39,857 nt of DNA, from NCBI GenBank assembly GCA_017513085.1, contig JAFWDK010000013.1, forward strand, positions 1 to 39,857, in the 5' to 3' direction. The translations under genes and the position numbers were made by a program. Under the pieces are notes generated by a model, which was not told the DNA's origin, did not search any database, and saw only the letters and a program-made list of their open reading frames with translations. Numbering within the stretch: position 1 is the first letter of the stretch; each line of letters opens with the position of its first letter. Positions 18,532-28,200 of this stretch are shown here, in pieces. The stretch is from Clostridiales bacterium. GTDB lineage: Bacteria; Bacillota; Clostridia; Saccharofermentanales; Saccharofermentanaceae.

Positions 18532-19698
18532 TCACGACACTTTGTGTGGATAGATAAAAATATTTTCATTGAAAGCCGGATCATTGGATTCATAGACGGA
18601 GAGGCAGACCGTTCCGTCGCCCACACTCAGGGCAAAGATGACAGTCGTTCCGGCTTCTGAATTTCCGTAAAGCACCAGACTTGACGGGTCGCCTGCATAC
18701 TGACGGACAGTCAATCCGTTATATTCGTCGGCGCCCGCAACATGGACATTCGCCTTAAAGTCTTTGGCCGCATCATCATAGAAGATCTCGACAGAACCCT
18801 CATCGGCAGCATATTTACCGAGCCAGCCATCCATATCGTCTTTCTTCGTCTTCTCTGTCTCCGGGAAAGTATCGTGATACAGAATGAAACCGGTCTCATC
18901 GTTCGGACTGTATAACACATATGCGCCAAGGACATTGCTTTCCGGCGCTTTGAGGAAGAACTCGACCCATCCGAGAGCGTCTTTGGCGATCTTATCCTTC
19001 GGTGTATTCGGGAGATAAAGGATCAATTCATCCGGGTTCTCAAAACCATACGGCTTGCAGCTCTTCACGTGCGCCGGAAGATTCATGAACTCCTCTTCTT
19101 TATCGTCAAAATCCAGGAAACTGATCTTCTCGATCCTGGTTTTGTAAGAATAATCGTTTTCGCGGACAAAACCGGTGATCAGGCCGGTAAATTCACCGCG
19201 CTGAATATCGTACGCATCCATATCCGCCGTAAGCACGGCGCTCTCATATTTGCCGGAGATCTTCCCGTTACCCGTTCCGAACATGATCGACGTCTCCCAG
19301 GAAACCGTTCCGCCGCTCAGAACGCCCTGAAACTGAACCGGAAGCCGGTACGAAGGATCCTTGTAGTAATCCATCGGATCATCGCCGAGAATGATCGGTT
19401 TCGCCTCTTCTGTCGTCTCACTGGTCGGGGTGGATTCCGGCGCTTCGGATTCCGACTCTGTCGTGGTCGTCTCTACTTCTGTTGTAGTCTCAGCCGTTGC
19501 CTCGGTAGACTCTTCTGTCGACTCCGCCGTCGTAGTCGTTTCCTCGTCTTCGTCCGAATCAGAAGTATCCTCGGTCTCCTCTTGCGAAGTCGGTTTCTCC
19601 GTCTTTCTGGTCGTCCTCGTTCCGGTCGGCTCTTTCTTACAAGCCGGCAGAAGCACTGCTCCGGAAAGGATCAGTGCAAGAATAGCTGTCTTTTTCAT
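18532..19698 (-). CDS. lipoprotein with Thr/Glu/Ser-rich linker
   Basis: MKKTAILALILSGAVLLPA-C lipobox; about 70-aa TTTAESTEESTE low-complexity stalk; unassigned C-terminal domains. Confidence 0.85.
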   Translation of the reverse strand: MKKTAILALILSGAVLLPACKKEPTGTRTTRKTEKPTSQEETEDTSDSDEDEETTTTAESTEESTEATAETTTEVETTTTESESEAPESTPTSETTEEAKPIILGDDPMDYYKDPSYRLPVQFQGVLSGGTVSWETSIMFGTGNGKISGKYESAVLTADMDAYDIQRGEFTGLITGFVRENDYSYKTRIEKISFLDFDDKEEEFMNLPAHVKSCKPYGFENPDELILYLPNTPKDKIAKDALGWVEFFLKAPESNVLGAYVLYSPNDETGFILYHDTFPETEKTKKDDMDGWLGKYAADEGSVEIFYDDAAKDFKANVHVAGADEYNGLTVRQYAGDPSSLVLYGNSEAGTTVIFALSVGDGTVCLSVYESNDPAFNENIFIYPHKVS

Positions 19699-19727
19699 TT
19701 TCGTTCCTCTCTTTTCCTTCTTCTTTT

Positions 19728-20354
19728 CTATATTTTAATACGCTGATAGTAAAAGCAAGCAAGCTGTGTCCGGTCCCGCAGATCCAGTTTCGAAAGCACT
19801 GAGCTGATCATGTTTCTGACCGTTCCTTCACCCAGGAACATTTTCTGGGCGATCTCTTTATTCGACAGGCCCTCTGCCACCAGTTCCACCATTTCACGTT
19901 CTTTCGGCGTGATCTCGTAATCCTCCCATCGGAAGGATTCACTACGGTTCAGAAGATCCGGAAGCCGCTCGACGATCTTGCCGCCGAACACGGTCTGTCC
20001 CTCAAATACAGCATGGACCGCCGCACCCAAAGACGCGCAATCCTGCTTCAGGATATACCCCTTCGCGCCGACTTTCAACGCACGGTTAATATACTCATCA
20101 TCCAGGAATGTCGTCAGAAGGATCACTTTCGCCGCCGGATCGATCTTCAGGATCTCTGCCGTCGCATCCAGCCCGTCCGTGTCCTCCATCCTGATATCCG
20201 AGAGCACCACATCAGGCTTGATCCCGGGATAAGCTTCGATCGCCTCCCTGCCGCTGCTGCACATGCTCGCCACTTCAATATCTTTATCCTGCTCCAGGAT
20301 AATCTTCAACGACTGGGTGACAAGTGGATCGTCATCCACGATCATGATCTTCAT
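19728..20354 (-). CDS. NarL/LuxR-family response regulator
   Basis: IVDDD, DVVLSDIRM, LTTFLDD, GYILK; HTH EGLSNKEIAQKMFLGEGTVRN. Confidence 0.95.
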   Translation of the reverse strand: MKIMIVDDDPLVTQSLKIILEQDKDIEVASMCSSGREAIEAYPGIKPDVVLSDIRMEDTDGLDATAEILKIDPAAKVILLTTFLDDEYINRALKVGAKGYILKQDCASLGAAVHAVFEGQTVFGGKIVERLPDLLNRSESFRWEDYEITPKEREMVELVAEGLSNKEIAQKMFLGEGTVRNMISSVLSKLDLRDRTQLACFYYQRIKI

Positions 20355-21589
20355 TTCTTATCCTCCTTCAAAAGTACTGCTTCTTTTCTCGGAATCGTCA
20401 CGGTAATATGAAACCCGTCTTCTCCGCCGCGTATCGAGGCACGTCCCCCGCAGGACACCGCTCTCGAATGAATATTATAAAGTCCGATGCCATGTTCGCC
20501 TTCCAGCGCCGCAAAGTCTGACGAGCGTGAAAGCTCCATCGGCTCACACGTCCCATCATCGGAAACCAGTATTCTCCAGAATGTCACGTTCTCCACCACT
20601 TCCAGCCGGACTTTCTTGCCGTTACTGTGCTTGGCGATATTGGTCACACCCTCTTTAAATATACCCAGGATAGCATTCTTCACATCCGTCGGCACCGGAG
20701 ACTCGATAGACGTACTGACCGTCACGTCAAATCTGTCCTTCAGTGCAGATGCGATCTCGTGGATCCCGATCGAAAGATCGATCGAATCATCATGGAGTTC
20801 ATGCACACTTCTTCGGATATTCGTCATCGCTTCATTGACCGTATTCGTCACCGACTCCAGATACGGCTTCGTCTTCTCATCCTGATTGATCACATTGATT
20901 GCCTGAAGCTGCACGACCGCACGTGTCAGCATATGCCCCACATTATCGTGGATATCCCGCGCGATACGGTTTCTCTCTGCGAGCGTCGCATTCCGGATCT
21001 GCATATCCAGATTATTTGAAATCTCATTTTTCAGTCTTACCGACTGCTGTGCATCATTACGCACCTCATCAAACATGTCCATAAGCACCGTCTCACGCCG
21101 GTGCATGTACATCGTCTTCGTAGCAAGGAGCATCGCCACGATCACCGGGATGATCGTTAACGACGGCGCCGAGATCACCGCCACGACAACAAGAAGGAGG
21201 ATCTTCAGCCATAGAGCTCTCTCCGCAAAAAGATCCGCATCCTTACGTCCCGCATTTCTCATCGCATGAAAGTGGTCCAGGAGTTTCTCCATTTTTAAAT
21301 CTGAAAACAGCCCGTATACACAGGAAGGAAGTACAACCACCACATCAGGAATAACAAATGTCAGCCCCGCCGCTATGATCAGAAGCGACGTGCTGACGTA
21401 CACACTACGGAACACCTCCGTCGCCAAAAGAATGATCACAACAGAAAGAAGACAGGCAACCGCAAACTCATTTCTAACTAAAAAACCACGAACACCCGAC
21501 GACGCCCCTCCCACCAGAAAGAAAAGCGCCGAAGCAGATAGAACCGCTATGATGATTTTATCGATAAGTCTGTAGATCATATGAAACAT
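20351..21589 (-). CDS. membrane sensor histidine kinase (HisKA_3)
   Basis: TM N-terminus; ERNRIARDIHDNVGHML; EGVTNIAKHS; DDG; GIGLYNIHSR. Confidence 0.92.
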   Translation of the reverse strand: MFHMIYRLIDKIIIAVLSASALFFLVGGASSGVRGFLVRNEFAVACLLSVVIILLATEVFRSVYVSTSLLIIAAGLTFVIPDVVVVLPSCVYGLFSDLKMEKLLDHFHAMRNAGRKDADLFAERALWLKILLLVVVAVISAPSLTIIPVIVAMLLATKTMYMHRRETVLMDMFDEVRNDAQQSVRLKNEISNNLDMQIRNATLAERNRIARDIHDNVGHMLTRAVVQLQAINVINQDEKTKPYLESVTNTVNEAMTNIRRSVHELHDDSIDLSIGIHEIASALKDRFDVTVSTSIESPVPTDVKNAILGIFKEGVTNIAKHSNGKKVRLEVVENVTFWRILVSDDGTCEPMELSRSSDFAALEGEHGIGLYNIHSRAVSCGGRASIRGGEDGFHITVTIPRKEAVLLKEDKK

Positions 21590-21605
21590 TATAACTCAAT
21601 CTCGG

Positions 21606-21685
21606 TCGAAAAAAGAATAATCCGCAAGCGATTCCGAAGGTGCGAGGCACCGGGGACCGGCGAGCGGATCATTTCTTTTTTTCGA
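21606..21685. terminator. long hairpin/terminator between ABC genes and histidine kinase
   Basis: TCGAAAAAAGAATAATCCGC ... GCGGATCATTTCTTTTTTTCGA with inner GGTGC-GAG-GCACC. Confidence 0.6.
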
Positions 21686-21719
21686 AGTACCGAGGATCAG
21701 TTTATAGATTCGAGTTTTG

Positions 21720-22928
21720 TTATACCGCTTTTCCCTGCTTTGCTTTCTTGATCACAAATGCGATCATCACAAATGCCAGTCCGAAGAGTACTTGTACACC
21801 GAGGGAAGCAAAGATGTTGCCTACGCTGAAGGTGTAGTTCATTCCGGATCCTGCATAGATCGTATTCAGGATCTTTCCTGACCAGAAGAACGGCAGGAAG
21901 TGTGCGATGGTCTGAACCGTGCTGCTCATGAGGTAGAACGGTACGAAGATACCGCAAAGGAAACTCATCGAAAGACCTGCCGCATTGCAGATGAGGCTGA
22001 GAGTTCCCGCTGACAGGCGGAAGTTCGAGAGCAGAAGTGCGAAACCGCTGATGTAGAAGGTGGTGGCAATGAGATTCAGAACAACGACCCAGCCATACTT
22101 GCTCATCATGTTGGTGTTTCCTGCATAGATGAAGCTGAAGACTGTATAGATCAGTACCAGAACTACTGCGCAGGTCATAAGGCCTGCCATCTGCGCCAAG
22201 GTCTTTCTTCCCGGCTTTACCGGTGATGCTTCGATCCTTGCAGAAACCTCTTTTTTATTTGCTGCAATGATTGCCGATGCGATCGACATACCCATGATCC
22301 ACAGGCAGATGAAGCAGAAGTAATTGAGGATCATGTAGGTCGCGTACTCATGCGCATCCGTATGCTGCACTTCCTTCTTCTCCGTCACCACACCGAAGGT
22401 AACATCGGAAACAGTAACATCCAGTGCTTTTGCCACGGAATCTTTGGCATCCATTCCCATAGCACGATAGCTTCTGTAAGTATTTACGAACGAATCGATA
22501 TCGTTGACAAAGCTGAAAGTTCTGCCGGAAACCTGGCTGTGGGAAGAATAGTTCAAAGAGATGTTCTCGCCGGCATCGATCTTGTCCTGAAATCCCTCCG
22601 GAACTTCCACGAAGAAATCCGAAATGGAGAAGTACAGGATATCGTTGATGGTTTCCTCGGAAGATGTTTTGTCATCCTCGACATCACCGTATTTATCGAT
22701 CATTGCTCTGATTCCGGCAGAGAGTTCGCTTCCATCGTTATCACGGAAAAGCACTCCGAGTTTGCCGTAATCGACACTTTTTTCCGTGGCGCTTGCCTCG
22801 TTCTTATCTACAACGTATGGTGCGGAGAAGATCATGGACGCGCCGTAGATCACCATGATGAACGATGCGATAATGATCGCGACCTTATATGATTTAACGA
22901 GTTTGAAAAAATTCTTATAAAGCTGCAT
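21720..22928 (-). CDS. ABC-2 type exporter permease
   Basis: ABC2_membrane_3 topology; RIEASPV, SFLCGIFVP, HFLPFFW. Confidence 0.85.
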   Translation of the reverse strand: MQLYKNFFKLVKSYKVAIIIASFIMVIYGASMIFSAPYVVDKNEASATEKSVDYGKLGVLFRDNDGSELSAGIRAMIDKYGDVEDDKTSSEETINDILYFSISDFFVEVPEGFQDKIDAGENISLNYSSHSQVSGRTFSFVNDIDSFVNTYRSYRAMGMDAKDSVAKALDVTVSDVTFGVVTEKKEVQHTDAHEYATYMILNYFCFICLWIMGMSIASAIIAANKKEVSARIEASPVKPGRKTLAQMAGLMTCAVVLVLIYTVFSFIYAGNTNMMSKYGWVVVLNLIATTFYISGFALLLSNFRLSAGTLSLICNAAGLSMSFLCGIFVPFYLMSSTVQTIAHFLPFFWSGKILNTIYAGSGMNYTFSVGNIFASLGVQVLFGLAFVMIAFVIKKAKQGKAV

Positions 22929-24105
22929 ACTTTTCTCTCCTTAATTTCAGGATCGCGATCGTCAGGAAAACCACTGTCGCCAGACTGATTTTGATCATAT
23001 TCAACCAGAAACCGGTAAGTGTCGGGTAATGAACCAGACGGAAGAACGCAAAGTTCATAATCGTCGCAGGATTGATACGGTTCACGATCGGGCAGAACTT
23101 TTCCAGGAGTCCCGGAAGGTTCACGATCATCTCGCCGCTTAAGAAAACCGAGATCATGATAAATGCTGTCGCCTTGTTATCACGCTGGTTCTCATCTCCT
23201 TTGGTGAAGAGTCCGAAGAGGCTTCCGAGGCTCATCGCGAAGAGGTTGCCGACCAGAACGAACAGGATGATCTGCGGGAGGCGGTCGCCCAGCGGCACAT
23301 GGAAGAGCCGGTTCATAACTGTTATTGCGAAGAATGTGATCGCACAGGACACCACATATCTAGCCAGGAAGGCCGACAGAAGGATCTTCGACTTTTTCTT
23401 CGGTGACACGCTGGTCCTCATTCCGTAACCGCTAAGGTTACCCTGAATGTCGAATACTGTATGGATACCGGATGTCACGTTGAAGAACATGCCCATGACG
23501 ATCGTGCTGTAGAAATACCACAGATATACATTTGAAGAATTCTCGTTGTCACCGAGATATGTGCTCTTCGGTTTCATCACCGAGATGGACTTGGCCATGC
23601 TATCCATTACGACCCCGATCTTATCCGGTGCTGTCATCGTTGCATCTTTCACGATCGTGTAGTTTCTCCGGTACGATTCGGTAATGCTTCTTGCCACCAT
23701 GAGAGTGGTCATATTCGCTCCATCACCGACCTTTACGTCGATCGTTTCTTTTTCACCGTTCACCAGAAAAAGCACTTCAACATCTTTGTTAAGGATCTTC
23801 TTTTCTGCGTCTTCTTTGGAATCCACCCGGATCATTTCCACGACCGCATGGTCATAGCCGAGATTGCCTTCCTTGACTTTCTCCGCATCGGCCAGTTCCA
23901 GCAGTATGTTTTGGAATTGCTCGGCAAAAGCGCCTTCGCTTTCAACTATGATGCTGCTCCTGACCGGTTTGAAATCAACTTCTCCTTTGGCAGGACCCAT
24001 GAATGTTACATTAAAGCAGGTCATGAGAAGGATCGGAAAAGCCAGTGACCAAAAGATGTAGGCTTTGTCGCGCAAAGTTTTGCGCAGGTAATATGTAAAC
24101 ATCAT
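22915..24105 (-). CDS. ABC-2 type exporter permease
   Basis: LRDKAYIFWSLAFPILL N-terminal TM; RTSVSPKKK; VFLSGEM; RINPAT. Confidence 0.85.
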   Translation of the reverse strand: MMFTYYLRKTLRDKAYIFWSLAFPILLMTCFNVTFMGPAKGEVDFKPVRSSIIVESEGAFAEQFQNILLELADAEKVKEGNLGYDHAVVEMIRVDSKEDAEKKILNKDVEVLFLVNGEKETIDVKVGDGANMTTLMVARSITESYRRNYTIVKDATMTAPDKIGVVMDSMAKSISVMKPKSTYLGDNENSSNVYLWYFYSTIVMGMFFNVTSGIHTVFDIQGNLSGYGMRTSVSPKKKSKILLSAFLARYVVSCAITFFAITVMNRLFHVPLGDRLPQIILFVLVGNLFAMSLGSLFGLFTKGDENQRDNKATAFIMISVFLSGEMIVNLPGLLEKFCPIVNRINPATIMNFAFFRLVHYPTLTGFWLNMIKISLATVVFLTIAILKLRREKYAAL

Positions 24106-24122
24106 TTCTCGAATCCTCCTGA

Positions 24123-25067
24123 TTAATCGTCACGCAGTTCTTTTCCCGTAAGTTCCAGGAAAACATCATTCAATGTCGGCTGCTCGGAATACATATTCTT
24201 GATGCGGTATCCCTTCTCCTGCAGCATCGTCATGACTTTGACCACGTTGTTGCCGTTTCCGGCTTCGATCTTTAATGTCTTGCCGTCGTATTCGGCACTG
24301 TAAACATTCTCCAGATCTCTGACCCGGTTAAGATCCTCTTCACTGATACCCTTAGCTTCGATCTTGATCATCTCGCTCTTTTTGATCATGCTCTTGAGTT
24401 CATCCACTGTGCCTTCAGCGATCAGCTGTCCTTTGTCGATAATGATGACGCGGTCGGCCAGTTGCTCGACTTCTTCCATGTAGTGGGATGTGTAAATGAT
24501 CGTCGCGCCTTCTCTTCTAAGCTGCTCGATCCCTTCGAGGATCTTGTTACGGCTTTGCGGGTCAACGGCGACGGTCGGCTCGTCGAAGAAGATGATCTTC
24601 GGTTTATGGGCGATGCCGCAGGCAATGTTCAGTCGTCGCTTGAGACCTCCGGAGAGTTTCTTCGGACGGAACTTCTTGAACTCTTCGAGTCCGACGAAGT
24701 CGATCGCTTCCTGTACTTTCTTACGGCGTTCTTCTTTATTTTCGATGTAAAGGCCGCAGAAGAAGTCGATGTTCTCATACACGGTCAACTCTTCAAATAC
24801 AGATACTTCCTGAGGAACTACACCGATCTTACTCTTGATGTCATAAGACTTCGGTGTCATCTCTTTTCCCATGATCGTGATCGTGCCTTTATCGTATTCC
24901 AAAAGCGAAAGGATGCAGTTGATCGTTGTGGATTTACCGGAACCGTTCGGGCCCAAAAGACCGAGGATCTCGCCCTCATTGACTTTCATGCTGAAATTGT
25001 CCACAGCGATCAGTTCTTTGTATCTTTTTACCAATCCGTCTACTTTAATGATCTCATTCATCTTCAT
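24123..25067 (-). CDS. ABC exporter ATP-binding protein with C-terminal extension (DUF4162-like)
   Basis: GPNGSGKST, LSGGLKRR, FFDEPTVAVDPQSR, TSHYMEE, PTLNDVFLELTGKELRD. Confidence 0.95.
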   Translation of the reverse strand: MKMNEIIKVDGLVKRYKELIAVDNFSMKVNEGEILGLLGPNGSGKSTTINCILSLLEYDKGTITIMGKEMTPKSYDIKSKIGVVPQEVSVFEELTVYENIDFFCGLYIENKEERRKKVQEAIDFVGLEEFKKFRPKKLSGGLKRRLNIACGIAHKPKIIFFDEPTVAVDPQSRNKILEGIEQLRREGATIIYTSHYMEEVEQLADRVIIIDKGQLIAEGTVDELKSMIKKSEMIKIEAKGISEEDLNRVRDLENVYSAEYDGKTLKIEAGNGNNVVKVMTMLQEKGYRIKNMYSEQPTLNDVFLELTGKELRDD

Positions 25068-25153
25068 GACCTCATTTCTTATTTTTCCTGACTTTGTGTT
25101 TTTTTCGGATCGTCCCCAGCATCGCGCGGGCCGTCCTTTCTCTTGATGACTCC

Positions 25154-25218
25154 ATTATTCCATTTCCGCCTGTCACGCGTTAGTGAAGTGAATCACTACC
25201 CGACATGACATTTGTCAT
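25154..25218 (-). promoter_or_regulatory. promoter of ABC/TCS operon 2 with putative response-regulator operator
   Basis: Extended -10 TGgAATAAT (25162-25154); perfect ATGAC-ATTT-GTCAT at 25205-25218; weaker GTGAA-GTGA-ATCAC at 25183-25196. Confidence 0.62.
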
Positions 25219-25297
25219 TTTTAACTTCATAAAGACATTTTTTCGCGAACGTCTTATAATAGAAAAAGGGTAGTTTGTACATACGAGGGGATTCCTA

Positions 25298-28200
25298 ATG
25301 AATAGCAAGAAGCAGTATTTAAAGGAGATTTTTCTATTCAAACTGAACAAATGCAGCATCGTAACCATGCTTGCTTCGATCCTGATCAATATAGGCGGAC
25401 GTGTGCTGGCCTCTGCCCTGCACCTTCCGATTTGGCTGGATACGACCGGAACCATAGTCGTCTCCATCCAATTCGGTCCGATCGCCGGCATCATTACCGC
25501 GATCCTTTCCCAGCTCTTGTTTGGAGTCTCGGGCAATTTCATTCTCCACTACACGATCGTCGGTATCTCCACAGCCTTTCTTGTTGGTCTTCTTTTCCCG
25601 AGAAAGCACCGCGAAGACATGCTTGGCATCGTCAGCGTCGGCGTGATTGCTGCCGTCGGTGCCTCTTTGATCAGCCTCGTCCTAAACAAGCGTTTCTATA
25701 GCGGCTATACCGGCAATATCTGGGGAGATTCCATGTACGATATGCTTTCCCAGACCGTCCGCTCCAAAACGATCAATTCCTTTCTTTCCGAGCTTTTCGT
25801 CACACTTCCCGACCGCGTCCTGTGCATGTTTATCGCTTTAAAGCTGGTCGATCTCGGCGAAGTTCAGGTCTTCAAGAACAAGCAAAGATCTGTCACCCAA
25901 ACCATGACGGGTCTTCTGGCATTCCTGCTCCTCGGGAACATGCTCACCTTCCCTGCCCGTCCTGTCTACGCGTACGATCTGGAATCCGGTTATGAGATCG
26001 ACAGTTTCGATAGTGCTGACGGTCTTCTTTCTTCGGAAGTCAACGCAGTCGCGCAGACTCAAGACGGATATCTTTGGATCGGTACGTACGCAGGGCTTTA
26101 CCGATACAACGGCGTGAAATTCGAAGCCGCCGATGTGGACGATCGGATCCGTGACGTACTGGCGCTTTTTGCGGACTCAAAAGGAAGACTCTGGATCGGC
26201 ACCAACGACTGCGGGGTCATCTGTTATGAACCGGAGACCGGAGAGACCAGGACTTTCTCGACAGGGATCGGTCTGGACTCCAATTCCGTCCGTGTCATTC
26301 ACGAAGACGCGTCCGGAAATATCTACCTGGGCACGGTCCGTTCCATCACGAAGATCAGTGCGGAAGGAAATGTTCGACTGTATTCCGACTGGGACAATAT
26401 CTATTACACCCGTTCGCTCTGCACGCTCGATGACGGCTCGATGCTGGGCGTTTCCAATTCCGGCATACTCTTCCGCATCAAAGACGACCAGCTTCTTTTC
26501 ACGGACACCTATCAGGAACATGCAGGCATCTATTTCACTGCAGTCTCCGCCTGCGGAAACGAGATCATGGTCTCCACCACCGGCAACAGCATCGTCCGCT
26601 ACACCTATACCGACGATCTCCTGACACGGGGCGATTCGATTACTCTTCCGGATCACAACTATATCAATAACATCCGTTTCTCTCCCACCTACAACGGCTA
26701 CTTCTACTGTGCGCAGAACGGTTTCGGTTTCTTCTCCCGAAGCACGCAGACAGTACTCAATCTCACCGGTTCCGGCCTCGTGAACAACTATAGCGATGTC
26801 TGTGTCGATGTGCAGGGAAACGTGTGGTTCGGTTCCAGCAATCATGGTCTGGTCAAAGCGTCCCATACATCTTTCGGTAATGTTTTCAAAGCCGCAGATA
26901 TTCCTGAATGTCAGGTCAATGCTGTCGTGGAAAAAGACGGGCTCTTATATATGGGACTCGATATTGGACTGAAGATCGTCGACCTGAGTTCTTGCCAAGA
27001 AGTAAATATGCCCTGGCAGAGTTCTTTCTCCAAAGAGCGCATCCGTCATCTCATGAAGGATTCCCAAGGTAATCTGTGGATCAGCACATATGGTGTTTCC
27101 GGTCTGGTACGGATCGATCCGCAAGGCAACCTGTTTTCTTTTAACGAGCATAATGGCACGCTCGGAAGCCGTATGCGTTCCTCGCTGGAGCTTGCCGACG
27201 GAAGGATCCTTGCAGCCAGCACGATGGGACTTTCCTTTATCGACGGAGATAAAGTAGCCGCGACTCTGGGCGAGTCGGATGGCCTTACGAATCCTTATAT
27301 CCTTTCCCTCTACGAAAAAGAAGACGGTTCCATCCTGGCCGCTTCCGACGGCGACGGGATCTACATCATCCGTGACGGCAAAGTCGACGGACATATTGGT
27401 GCGGCGGAAGGACTGGGTTCTTCTGTTGTGCTTCGTATCGTCAAGTCTTCGGAAGGTTTTTTCTACGTGACCAGTAATGCCCTCTACCATGACGATGGCA
27501 AGAAGATCCGCGAGTTAAAGTCGTTCCCGTACTCGAACAACTTCGATATTCTTCGTTCCTCCGACGGCAACTGCTGGATCACATCCAGCGCAGGGCTTTT
27601 CCTTGTAAACGAGCAGTCGCTTATCCACGATGACGATTACAAGTGCGTGCTGCTCAATCGTGACTGGGGACTGGATACGACGTTCACGGCCAACTCATGG
27701 AACCTGCTTTCCGGCAATGACATGTATCTGTGCTGTACGGACGGCGTAAGAGATTTTTCCTTAGACGATTACAGACGGAGAGATCAATCGTACCAGATCC
27801 ATCTGGAGCCGATACGTGCCGGAGAAAAACAGATCTATGAGGAGAACGGAACCTTCGTCATTCCTCCATATAACGGCCGTATCAGTTTTACGATCGCCGT
27901 GACGAACTATACTCTTTCCAACCCGGTCGTCCAGTACTACCTGGAAGGCACGAACGATGAAGGCGTCACCTGCTACCAGAACGAGATCCTTCCTCTGGAG
28001 TTTACGAATCTTCGAAACGGCAACTATACTCTTCATGTACGGATCCTCGATGAATCCACCGGCAGGATCACCTCTGAAAAGACATTTAAGATAAAGAAGC
28101 AATCGATGATGTATGAGCGTTTCTACTTCCGTCTTTACATGTATTTTGTCGGTGTGCTCGTCATGTCTTATATCGCATGGCTCTTCTATACGATCCATCG

